Below the pieces are notes generated by a model. The model saw nothing but the letters and a program-made list of their open reading frames with translations. It was not told where the DNA came from and searched no databases. A DNA stretch of 64,000 bases from Stegostoma tigrinum (Eukaryota), in assembly GCF_030684315.1 (NCBI RefSeq), contig NC_081363.1, positions 26,724,116 through 26,788,115 on the forward strand, written 5' to 3'. A program made the translations under genes and the position numbers. Every line of letters starts with the position of its first letter. Position 1 is the stretch's first letter. Shown here piece by piece: positions 53,270 to 64,000 of this stretch.

Positions 53270-54330
53270 GCAGGCGCATTTGACGTGCAATTTCACGGCC
53301 GACATTTTCAAAACCGGCATTGCAGGAACGGTAGAGACAACTGCAGTAGAGTAGCTTAATGGTGTCTTTGAAATGTTTTCCTGTGTGCGGAAGGGTAGGA
53401 CAGCTTTAAGGGACAGAGTTTGGGGTGGGAGGGGAGGCGGAGAGGATGACTATGTTTGCAGGCGGCTCGGCAGCGTCCCCTGTTGTCCCGATGCGCCGCT
53501 GCCTCTATTTATTTAGAATGCGAGCTGAGGTCTGAGGGATTTCAATGAGCCGAGGGACTAGGCTCTGGAGGAGGGGAAATCGGGCTGCAGGCTGTCGCCG
53601 GCTCTTGGTCTCTGTCCTGCCTTGTCCCCCCGCCCCCTGACTGTGTGTATCTGCGGCTGGGTTGGGCTTGGAAGCCGCACTCTGTATTTGAGAGACGATT
53701 ATTGATTGAAGGAGGTCTCAGAAACAGCGGCGTCTGATCAGAAAGCCCAGGCGCGAATACCAGGGCAGAGGGATTTGTGATGAACTGGGCACTCACCATT
53801 GATAGAGGTCTTTTTGCAGTTTTTCTTTCCCCCCCCCCCCCCCGCCACCTCCAGCCCTGCCCCCGTGTGTTTTGTTATTTCCCCCCTCCCTTCTCTGTGT
53901 TAATTTTTTTTGTTTGCTGTTGTAGTGTGTCCGGTATTGGGTTCCTGTGCACGGAGGGGGGGAATATAACGTAATGCAAAATGTTGTATGTATGAAATGT
54001 TGCCACTCTGGTGTAAAAGGTAAACCATTGATTTCCAGGTTTGTTAACCTACGGGAGGCACACGGTGTAGATTTCACTTCCGCACTTGTTCCGTTTCAAG
54101 ATGCAGACTTGGCTGAAAGGCAAGCGGGTCGGGTACTGGCTGAGCGAGAAGAAGATCAAGAAGCTGAATTTTCAGGCCTTCGCGGATCTTTGCAGGTAAA
54201 GCCGAGAGCACCCCCGCCCCCTCCGCGGTCTGAGAAACGAATTCGATTGCGTTTGGACTTGGGGAGAGGCGGCAGGAAATAACGCCGATCATGTAGGCAG
54301 CAGCCCATGTGCAATCCGCTTCACTGCCAC
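53270..54330 (+). promoter_or_regulatory. CpG-rich ITPK1 proximal promoter / 5' region
   Basis: CpG/GC enrichment, GC boxes (~53430, ~53627) around the start exon. Confidence 0.65.
54101..54195 (+). CDS. ITPK1: ITPK1 (inositol-tetrakisphosphate 1-kinase) first coding exon
   Basis: MQTWLKGKRVGYWLSEKKIKKLNFQAFADLC(R), 95 nt then GTAAA donor; nearly identical to the vertebrate ITPK1 N-terminus; candidate acceptor TTTCCAG ending 54038; missed by ORF track. Confidence 0.97.
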
Positions 54331-55442
54331 CAGCTTCAAGGAAAGGGGGCAGAGAGAGAGAGAAAGCCTGAAATAACCAGTGATCTGCTGCTCTGCACGG
54401 TCACCCATCATTCTCACTTGAGCGGGCTAAAGGGAAGGAGGGGTTATGGTTATTCGGTGTTAATTTCCTCCAATTGTATAAAACAATAAGATGCTTCCTT
54501 TCAAGATTTACATCTATAGGCATTTACTTTCTGCAAGTGAAAGTATCATATTTTTTACTCACACGATAACCTTTCTGGTCGGTAACAGAACATTGCCAAT
54601 GCAGTGAGTTGAAAGAGGGAAGGTTTTGTTTTGATGATGGAAGTTTAGAATGGAGAACGTGGTTCTGGATCTCGGGCTGCATGTGTTGTGGAACTGTGAG
54701 CCCGTCCCTTGGTGTAGCATGTAGCAGAGTTAGTCGGGTGATCTTTTCTAGACTGTTTAAAGTTGCTGTTGGTAGCCAGCTTGAGGATGCTGTCAGAGGG
54801 ATCTCAATGTTGGTTTAAGGCAGGAACTGTACAGACTTGGAGGTCAGTTCTGAATTTGCTGTTCCTGGTTTTCGGGCTACGCTGCTGCAGACTGATTTCC
54901 CCCTATTTAACCTGTTGTGTTATCAATAGAATGATTGATATTGGTTTTTTTAATTGCCAAGTGTTTGGAGGTCTGAAGGGGCTTTACAAGATAAGTGCTG
55001 GCAAGAATGTTTTTCTTGAGGGAGAATCTAGAACCAGGAAATGCACTTAAAATGATGGATTTCCCATTTTATAACAGAATTTCACGGAGTCATTAATCGT
55101 TGGTATTCTCTTCCTATAAGAGCAGTGGGTCATTGAATATATTCAGGGCTGAGTTCAATTGTTTCTTTTTTCTTAATCAACAGGTGAGATGAGGGTAACA
55201 GAACCCACAAGGAAAAGGCAGTTAAGGCCGCATCAGATCCATGTTTTTGAATAGCTGAGTAGGCTTGTTAGTCTTAATGGACTAGCCCTGTTCCTGTTAA
55301 TGATCTCTTAATAACTATGTAGAAATACAATTCTGAATATTGTTGTGTTTCAGTAGGATCACCTCTCATTCTTCTAACTTGTAATGAATATAGGTCCAAA
55401 TTGCTCAACCTTCCCTGCTGATAAGACAACGTTCATCATACT

Positions 55443-57030
55443 GAGATAGTGGGAACTGCTGATGCTGGAGTATCTGAGATAATAAGGCGCAGAGCTGGAT
55501 GAACACAGCAGGTCGAGCAGGAAGGCTGACGATTCGGGCCTAGGCCCTCCTTCAGAAATGGGGGAGGCAGACAGACTGGTCAAAGAGGCAGGAATGGAGC
55601 CAGTAGGTGGGGAGGTAACATTTCCTGTGGTTGCAGGGAAAAGTGCTTCTGTCTCCTTCCCAAAATCCACAAACCTGACTGCCCTGGTCGAAACAACTGC
55701 TGTAGTGACATCAATCGCCTAAACCTCTCCACCCCTCTCACCCACTCCAACCTCTTTCCCCCGCAGAACATGCAGCCCTCAGCTCCCTCCACTCCAACCC
55801 TAACCTCACACAAAACCAGCGGACAAGGGAAGCGCGGTTGTAGTGCGGCGCATGACCACTACGTTGCCGAGGCCAGATGCCAACTCTCTGACACCACCAC
55901 CTACCGCCCCCTTGATCATGACCCACCCCTAAGCACCAAACCATCTCCGACACAATCCACAACCTCATCACCTCAGGTGACCTCCCACCCACAGCCTCCG
56001 ACCTCATTGTTTCCCAACCCAGCACCGCCCACTTCTGTCACCTTCCCAAAATCCACAAACCTGACTGCCCTGTTTGTCTGCCTTCTGGACGGACCACTCT
56101 CTCCATGACTCCCTTGTCTGCTCCACACACTCTTTTCTATACCACCCCCCCCACCACACCCAGCACTTTTCCCTGCACCTGCAGCAAGTGCTAAACCTGC
56201 CCCTATACCTCCCTCAGCCCCATCCCAGGCCCCAAAAAGACTTTCCACGTCAAGCAGATGTTCACCTGCACATCTGCTAATGTGGTATCCTGCATCCATT
56301 GTACCCGTTGTGGCCTCCTGTACATCAGGGAAACCAAGCGGAGGCTTGGGGACCACTTTGCAGAACACCTACACTTGGTTTGCAGTAAACAACTGCACCT
56401 CGCAGTTGTGAACTATTTCAATTACCCCTCCCATTCCTCAGATATGTCCACCCTGGGCCTCCTGCAGTGCCACGTTGATGCTAAACGAAGGTTGCAGGAA
56501 CAGCAACTCATATTCCGCTTGGGAACCCTGCAGCCCAATGGTATCAATGTGGATTTCACCAGCTTCAAAATCTCCCCTTCCCCAACCGCATCCCAAAACC
56601 AGCCCAGTTCGTCCTTCCTCCCACCTATCCCCTCCTCCTACCTCAAGCCACACCCCCATTTCCTACCTACCAATCTCATCCCGTCCCCTTGACCTGTCCG
56701 TCCTCCCTGAACTGACCTATCTCCTTCCTACCTGCCCACCTACATTCACCTTTACCGGCTTCATCCCTTCCTCTTTGACCGGTCTGTCTCCTCTCCACCT
56801 ATCTTCTCTAGCCATCTCCTATCTGCCTCTCCCTATTTATTTCAGATACCCCCTTCCCTTTCCCCATTTCTGATGAAGGGCCTAGGCCCGAAATGTCAGC
56901 TTTCCTGCTCGTCTGCTGCTTGGCCTGCTGTGGCACTGCTGGAGGCCCAGGGTGGACATGTCTGAGGAATGGGAGGGGGAGATGAAATGGTTGGCCTGCT
57001 GTGTTCATGCAGTTCTACACCTTGTTATTT
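55443..57030 (+). mobile_element. Rearranged Penelope-like element (Neptune-like) with GIY-YIG endonuclease remnant and inverted 5' arm
   Basis: FTCTSANVVSCIHCTRCGLLYIRETKRRLGDHFAEH..EQQLIFRLGTLQPNGINVDF (56258-56570); LPKIHKPDCPGR motif; hammerhead 56870-56897; 13 bp TSD TTCATCATACTGA 55432-55444 / 57029-57041. Confidence 0.92.
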
Positions 57031-57044
57031 CATCATACTGAAAC

Positions 57045-58090
57045 TTCTCTGAACTGCTTCCAATGCAAGTATATTCATACACACTACTTCTGGCATAGTC
57101 TTGTCAGTGCCGTCTACGACCACAGCAAGACTTCCCTAGTTTTGTAATCAATCCCCTTTGCAATAAATGACACCATTCTATTTGCCTTCCTAAATAATGT
57201 GTGCCAACTTTGATTCATGTACAAGGACACCCAGACCCTCTACTGTATCATGCAGCAGTACCTCTCCATTTAAACAATTTTCTACCTTTCTATAATTCCT
57301 GCTAAAGTGGATCACCACACAATTCCCACATTTTTCCCCATTTGGCAAATCTTTGCTTCCTTAAACAATCTACATTCCTTCACACATACTTTGTGTGTTT
57401 ATCACTGCTTGCTTTCCTACCTACCTTTGTCTGATTAGCCAGTCTAGCTGTAGTTCAATCTACTAATGACTTGGATGAAGTGATATAGATAGAACATTGA
57501 AGCTCCAGTTCTACTGTGACACCCTGTTAGTTAAAGTTTGCCAGCCTGAACATGGCCCTTTCTTTTCATCTCTCATTGCTAGTTGGTCATTTCTTTGTCT
57601 GTTCTCATGTACCACCTTCTTGTAATGCCACAGAAAAGACTGCAGCATAAGAATATCAAATGCCTGAAAGAAATTCAAATACACTATGTTGACTGGCTTC
57701 TCTTCATCCACCTGCTTGTTGCATCCTCACAGAATTCTTAATGAATTTGTCAAATGAGATTTCACTTTCAAAAAAATCTTATTGACTCTGCCTGATTTAT
57801 GATTTTCTGAGTGTCCTGATATTCCTTCCCAATAAATAATGGATTTCATCATTTTCCTAGTGGCAGCAATGAGACTGACTGGTCCACCAATTTACACCTT
57901 TTCTGGCCCACTTTTTCTGATTCGTGGTGTTAATTTGGTTTTAATCTGCTGAGACACTTTCAGAATACTGAGAATTTTGGGAGATTCCTTTTTAAGGATG
58001 TAGGATGGAGGCCATCAGGTTCCAAACATGTCAGCCTTGAGTCCCATTTATTTGCCTAGTATGTTTCATCCGGTGATTGATTGCTCTAAC
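57045..58090 (-). mobile_element. Degraded CR1 LINE (host of the Penelope insertion, continues at ~55.3 kb)
   Basis: VNIVYLNFFQAFD RT-motif remnant. Confidence 0.6.
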
Positions 58091-58149
58091 TTTTTTCTTG
58101 TTGATCTCTACACTTATTTATTTATTTATGCTATCTTTTGGGATGTTTT

Positions 58150-59170
58150 CTGTGCCTTCTGAGTTTGATTTATTGTTGTCACGTGTACTGAGATACAGTG
58201 AAAAGTGTTGTTTTGCACACTCCTCAAGCAGATCATAACCAAACAAAATACATCAAGGTGGCAAAACATTGTGTAAAGTACAGTTTTGCAGCTGCAGAGA
58301 AGGTGCACAGAGAGGTAGAGATCAAAATTTCAGAGGCCTGTTCAGAAGTCCGCTAACAGCAGGGAGAAGCAGTTCTTCAATCTGTTCACACATGTATTCA
58401 AATTTTGATGTCTTCTGCCAGATGGAAGAGTATAATTGGGCTGAGAAAGGTCTTTAATTATGTTGGTTGCTTTCCCGTGGCAGAAGGAGGTATAGATGGA
58501 GTTAATGAATGGAAGGCTGGTTTGTGAGATGGAGTAGGTGGTGTGCATGACATAGTTTTTTTTGCTGTCTTGGGAAGAGCAGTTGCATCAGTGTGGGATG
58601 ACATCCAGATAAGATGCTTTAGATGGTGCATATAATAAAAATTGGTGAGTCATTGTGGACATGCCAAATTTCCTTAGTCTTCTGAGGAAGAAGATACACT
58701 GTCATGCTTTCTTGACAGCAGTGGTGGACCAGGACAAATTGTTGGTGATCATTACTGCCAGGAACTTGACGATCTTGACCACCTTCACCTCAGGACCATT
58801 GATAGACAGGGGTGTGTCCTCCACACTGCTTCCTGAAGTCAATAACCACCTCCTTTGTTTTGCTGACATGATGGAGCAATTGTTGTCATTACGCCATGTC
58901 TCGTTATTGAGATCTGACTTGCAACACTGGCGTCAGCAAACCTGTTAATGGAATTGTGGCAAAATTTGGCCACACAGTTGTGCTTGTGTAAGGAGTATAG
59001 CAGGGGGTTGAATACACAGCCTTGCTGCAGTACCGGTGTTGAGGATGATGATGGAAGTGATAGTCGTGGCCTATAGGTTAGGAGGTCGAAGATCCAGTTA
59101 GAGTGGGGAGCTGTTACCTAGGTCTTGGAATTTAGAGATGAGTTTGTCTGGAATTAAGGAGTCGAAGGCA
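58150..59170 (-). mobile_element. Rex1/Babar-like LINE 3' fragment
   Basis: KATNIIKD..LPSGRRHQNL..NRLKNCF C-terminal signature. Confidence 0.65.
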
Positions 59171-59609
59171 GTGCTGTGTACAATAAATAGGAGAACAAGT
59201 ATCTTTTATTCACTTCAGGTAATGAGGGTGTTGTTGACTAGACCAGCATTCATTGTCCATTCCTAATTGCCCGTAAGGCAGAGTCAACCACATTGCCGTG
59301 GGCCTGGAGTCACATGTAGGCCAAGCCAGGCAAGGTAAGGATGACCAGTTCCCTTCCCTAACGGACACTAGTGAACCAAGAGGGTTTATCTGACCATCGA
59401 CAATGGATTCATGGTCATCATTAGGCTCTCAATTCCAGATTTATTTTTCTTTTTTGCATTTACTGAATTCAAATTCCACCATCCGTTGTGGTGGGTCTCT
59501 GGAACATTCTTGGGTCTCGGGCTTAAAAGTCCACTGATAATACCGTTAGGCCATCACCGCCTCATCCTACCTTCTATTGTGAGGTAGATACAAAATTTTT
59601 GTTCAAAGC

Positions 59610-59767
59610 AAACGCAACAAGAACAAAATTGCTGTAAAAGCTCAGCAGGTCTGGCAGCATCTGTGGAGGAGAAAACAGAGATAACGTTTCGTGTCCGGTG
59701 ACCCCTCCTCGCCCTTTCCAGCAACTTAGTTTTTGTTCCTGATTTACAGCATCCGTTGTTCTTTTGC
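59610..59767. mobile_element. Palindromic family B insertion
   Basis: 12 bp TSD TTTGTTCAAAGC 59598-59609 / 59768-59779; left arm ends inside the hammerhead CUGANGA box. Confidence 0.75.
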
Positions 59768-60104
59768 TTTGTTCAAAGCTCCTGTCATTCCTTTGCTTCC
59801 CCTTTTTAATTCCAGTGTCACCATTTAAGGAGCAAACACTCACTTTATTTTTATATTGCTTTTACTGTATCATATTGTATTTGTTGCTAGTATTTGCTCT
59901 ATTGCAATCTCTCCAACTTTTAATTTATCTTTTTCATGGTTTTCAAACATCTCTCAATATTTTGGGATATGCTAATCTTTCTTTCACTTTGATATTATTC
60001 TTGTGTTCCTTTTAAAGCAGGGTTGCATCCTTCTGATGTTAACGTTCTTGTGCAACAATGCACTGTCAAAAGACAGGAAATATAGATAATTAAATGCTTG
60101 AGTG

Positions 60105-63100
60105 CTCCTACATAGAAGATAGGAGGAGGCCATTCAGTCCTTCTCACCTCCTCCACCATTCTTCACGATCCTAACTGGTCTTCCAACTTAATAGCCTGAT
60201 CCTGCTATCTCCCCATTACCTTTGATCCCATTTGCTCCAAGTGCTATGTCTAGTCGCTTCTTGAAAATGTTCACTGTTTTGCATCAACTACTTCCTGTGG
60301 TAATGCATTCCACAGGCTCACCACTCCCTGGGTGAAGAAATGTCTCCTCATCTCCATCTTAAATAGTCTATCTCAAATCCTCTTAGTGTGGGCCCTGGAT
60401 CTGGAAACACCCACCATCGGGAACGTCCTCCCTGCATTTAACCTGTCCAGTCCTGTTAGAATTTTATAAGTTTTGATGAGACTGCCCTGCACCCCCATTC
60501 ATCTGAACTCCAGCGAAAACAATCCCCACCTAGTCAATCTCTCCTCTCCTCATATGTCAGATCCGTCTGGTAAATCTTCGCTGCACTCCCTTAAGCAACA
60601 GCATCCTTCCTCAGAAAAGGAGTCCAAAAGTCTGCACTATATTACAGGTGTAGCCTTACCAAGGCTGTGTATAACTGCAACAACACATCCCTGCTCCAGT
60701 ATGCAACCCCTCACAATGAAGGCCAGCATAGCATTTGCCTTCTTTACCACCTGCTGCACCTGCGTGCTTGCCTTCAGCAACTGGTGCACAAGGACACCTC
60801 AGGTCCTGTTGTACCCTCCCCTCTCCCAATTTACACCCATTCACAAAATAATCTGCCTTTTTTTTTCTTCTTCCAAAGTGAGTAACCTCACATTTATCCA
60901 AATTATACTGTATTTGCCATTGATTTGCTCACTCATCCAACTTGTCAAGATCATCTGAAGGATCTCTGCATTCTTGTCACAGTTCACCCTCTTACCCAAC
61001 TGAGTATTACCTGCAAACTTGGAGATGTTACTTTTTTGTTCCCCCATCCAAATCACTAATATATATTGTGAATAACTGGGGTTCCAGCACCGATTCGATA
61101 TTCTTTGTTTTTTCCTCTGCCAATCAATTTTCTCTCCCTCTTAATACACTTCCTCCAATCCTGTGTGCTTTAATCTTGCAATTAATCTGTTGTGTGGGAC
61201 ATTGTCAAACAAAGTCCCAATATACTGCATGGAGTTGACAAAGAGGAACTTGTAGTTACATCCTCCTAGAATTCCAGCAGATTTGTCAAGCATGATTTCC
61301 CCTTCGTAAATCCATGGCTACTCTATCTGATCCAGCCATTGATTTCTAAATGCTCTGCTATAAAATCCTTGACAAAGGATTTGAGAATTTTCCCCATAAT
61401 GATGTTAGCCTCACCGATCTGTAATTTCCTGCTTTCTCTCTACCTCTCTTTTTGAATATTGGAATGACATTAGCCATCCTTCAATCTGCAGGGACTACTT
61501 CGGAGTCTAGAATCCTGGAAGATATCCACAAATGAATCTGTTATTTCTGGAGCTATTTCCTTAAGTACTCTGGGATGTAGATTATCAGGCCCTGGGGATT
61601 TATTGGCCTTCAACCCCAACAACCTTCCTGGCACCATTTCTCTACTAGTATTGATCTCCTTCAATTCTTCCTTCTCTCTAAATCTTGCATCCTCCAATAA
61701 TTCTGGTATCTGATTTTTTTTGTCCTTTTTTTTTTGTGAAGACAGAACAAAAGTATATATTCAGTTCCTCAGCCATTTCTTTGTCACCTATTGTACATTC
61801 CTCAGTTTCTGCCTATAGGGGACCTACATTTGTCTTTATCAATCTCCTTCTGTTCACGTACCAATAGAAACTCATAGCATCAGTCTTTATGTTCCCTGCA
61901 AGTTTACTTCTGCGGTCTATTTTTTCCCTTAAGCAACCCTTAAGTTTTTGCCGAATTCTAAGCTGCTTCCAATCCTCAGATGTATTTTTTTTGGCCAATC
62001 TGTATGCTTCTTCCTTGGATCGGATACTATTTCTAATTTCTTTTTGTAAGCCGTGGATTAGCTGTCTTACCTATTTTTTGTTTTCTTTTTTTGTTTTTGC
62101 GACAGGAATAAACAGTTGTTGCAGTTTTCCCCCATGCATTCCTTGAATGTTTGCGAATGCCTATCTACTGTCATCCCTTTTTTAAGTAACTTTTCCCTAA
62201 TCTATCGAGGCCAACTCACACCTCGTACCCTGTAGCTTCCTTTATAAAGGTTCAGCACCCTTGTCTCTGAATCAATACCCTCACTTTCCATCTTGATTTA
62301 AAAAAAAAATTCTTCTATCATGTTATCATCACACTCCCCCGCGCACCCCCCCCCCCCCAAAAAAAAGGAGATCTCGCACAGCTAGATTGGCAATGATTCC
62401 TTTCTCATTACACAGCACCCAGTCTAAGATGGCCTGCTATCAAGCTGGTTTCTCCATGTATTGATCAAGTAAACCGTCCCATGTACATTCCAGGAATTCC
62501 TCTGCTATGGTGTTATAGCTAACCTGATTTGCCCAATCAATGTGTAAATTAAAATCACTGACAGTGCCTTATCCCATGCATCTAATTTTCTGTTTAATGC
62601 CATTCTTAACATCACTGCAGTCTGGGGGTCTGTATATGATACCTAATGCTTTTTTGCCCCTTGGTATTTCTCAAATCTACCCAGACAGACTCCAGTTGTC
62701 AGAGCTGTTATCCTTTCTCACTACTGTTAATTTCCTCTTTAACCAGCAATGCCACTCCACCACCAACTTTCTTTTTGCCTGTTGTTCCTAAATACTGAAT
62801 ACCTGGGACATTCAGTTTCCATCCCTAGTCACTTTGTAGCCATGTCTCTGGGTACAATATAATTGGGATTACATTTACAATTAGTTGATCCACTTTATTG
62901 CAGATGTTCTGCACAAAGCCTTTAAGCTTGTCCTTTTAACATTATTTGTCTCCTTAATTTTGTTTGAACAGCCCTGTTTGAATCTTGACCTTGGTTTCTC
63001 AGCCTATCACTTTTTTTTTCTTTCCCTCTGAGTCTTACATAGCTTCTCATTCCCCTGGCATTTTAGTTTAAACCTTCCCCGGTGGCTCCAGCAAACACAC

Positions 63101-63530
63101 TCTCTTCTCCCTAGGTCATCAGCCCCAGTCCTGCCCATGTGTAGACTGTCCAATTTGCACAGGTCTCACCTTCCCCAGAAGCAGTCCCAATGCCCCAGGC
63201 ATCTGAAACTCTTCCCCTCGCACCTCCCACTCCCAACAGCATCTTTTCAGTCACGTAGTCATGCAGTATATCCTATCATTTTTCCTCTGACCGGCACGTG
63301 GTATCAGAGTAATCCTGAGATCACTACCTTTTTTGTGATCAGATTTCTTCACTTTCCTCTTAGCTGCCTGTATGCTGCCTTTTAGGACCTCCTCCTTCTT
63401 TTTTCCCCACCCATGTTGTTTTTACTGACATGTACCATGACCACTGGCTGTTCACCCTCCCCCCTTCGGAATCCCCACCCTCCCCCTTAGGAATCCTGTA
63501 CCTGCTTTGAGACATCCTTGATCCTGCTAG
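60105..63530 (-). mobile_element. Long decayed CR1 LINE (ORF2 plus esterase-type ORF1 remnant)
   Basis: KSPGPDNLHPRVLKE, KCEVTHFGR in ORF2; GEGEQPVVMVHV.. SGNH-esterase-like ORF1 remnant near 63420-63465. Confidence 0.85.
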
Positions 63531-63534
63531 AGAA

Positions 63535-64000
63535 CCCAAGATAACAAAGTGTGGAGCTGGATGAACACAGCAGGCCAAGCAGCATCTCGGGAGCACAAAA
63601 ACTGCCATTTCGGGCCTAGACCCTTCTTCAGAGAGGGGGATGGGGAAGAGGGTTCCGGAATAAATAGGGAGAGAGGGGGAGGCGGACCGAAGATGGATAG
63701 AGGAGAAGATAGGTGGGGAGGGGATAGGTGAGGACGGATAGGTCAAGGGGGTGGGATGAGGTTCGTAGGTGGGAAATGGAGGTGCGGCTTGAGGTGGGAG
63801 GAGGGGATAGGTGAGAGGAAGACGATGTTAGGGAGGTACGGATGAGCTAGGCTGGTTTTGTGTTGCACTGGGGGAAGGGGAGATTTTAAAGCTTGTGAAA
63901 TCGACATTGATACCATTGGGCTGCAGCGTTCCCAAGTGGGATGTGAGTTGCTATTCCTGCAACCTACAGGTGGCACTGCAGGAGGCCCATGATGGATATG
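63535..64000 (-). mobile_element. Penelope-like element 3' end (family A), continues beyond window
   Basis: End of GIY-YIG coding region, pyrimidine-rich 3' UTR and hammerhead motif with GUC>GGC change at ~63604-63631. Confidence 0.9.

Larger units (their letters stand above)
52919..54928. repeat. Diverged inverted repeat, arms 52919-53183 and 54691-54928
   Basis: CCTTGGTGTAGC..TTTTCTAGACTGTTTAAAGTTG..GAGGGATCTCAATGTTGGTT..TTGGAGGTCAG on opposite strands; paired ORF-track peptides LGVACSR.SRVIFSRLFKV. Confidence 0.9.

Noticed and set aside
53947-54282. 111 aa ORF over the ITPK1 exon
   Set aside because: Different frame from the conserved ITPK1 peptide and crosses splice sites; likely a GC-content artefact.

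Overview
Eukaryotic (vertebrate) genomic DNA. The repeat content (CR1 LINEs, tRNA-derived SINEs, Neptune-like Penelope elements) suggests a cartilaginous fish; this is inference. The window holds the block syntenic to human 14q32.12: UBR7 (minus, exons 1-7), GON7/C14orf142 (plus, 2 exons, head-to-head with UBR7), LYSET/TMEM251 (minus) and the first coding exon of ITPK1 (plus). Introns and intergenic DNA contain CR1, Rex1/Babar-like and Tx1-like LINE fragments, SINEs and an internally deleted Tigger/pogo transposon. The most striking signal is a set of palindromic Penelope-derived insertions from three sequence families. They are typically two inverted 3' ends, one with an extra ~35-40 nt tail, flanked by 9-16 bp target-site duplications, and carry a minimal hammerhead-ribozyme motif at which the inversion junction repeatedly falls. 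Also notable: an unexplained ~250 bp inverted repeat bracketing the ITPK1 start exon, and a splice-created uORF overlapping the LYSET start codon. Exon boundaries were read by hand; degraded repeat boundaries are approximate. Most short ORFs in the track are spurious or repeat-derived.
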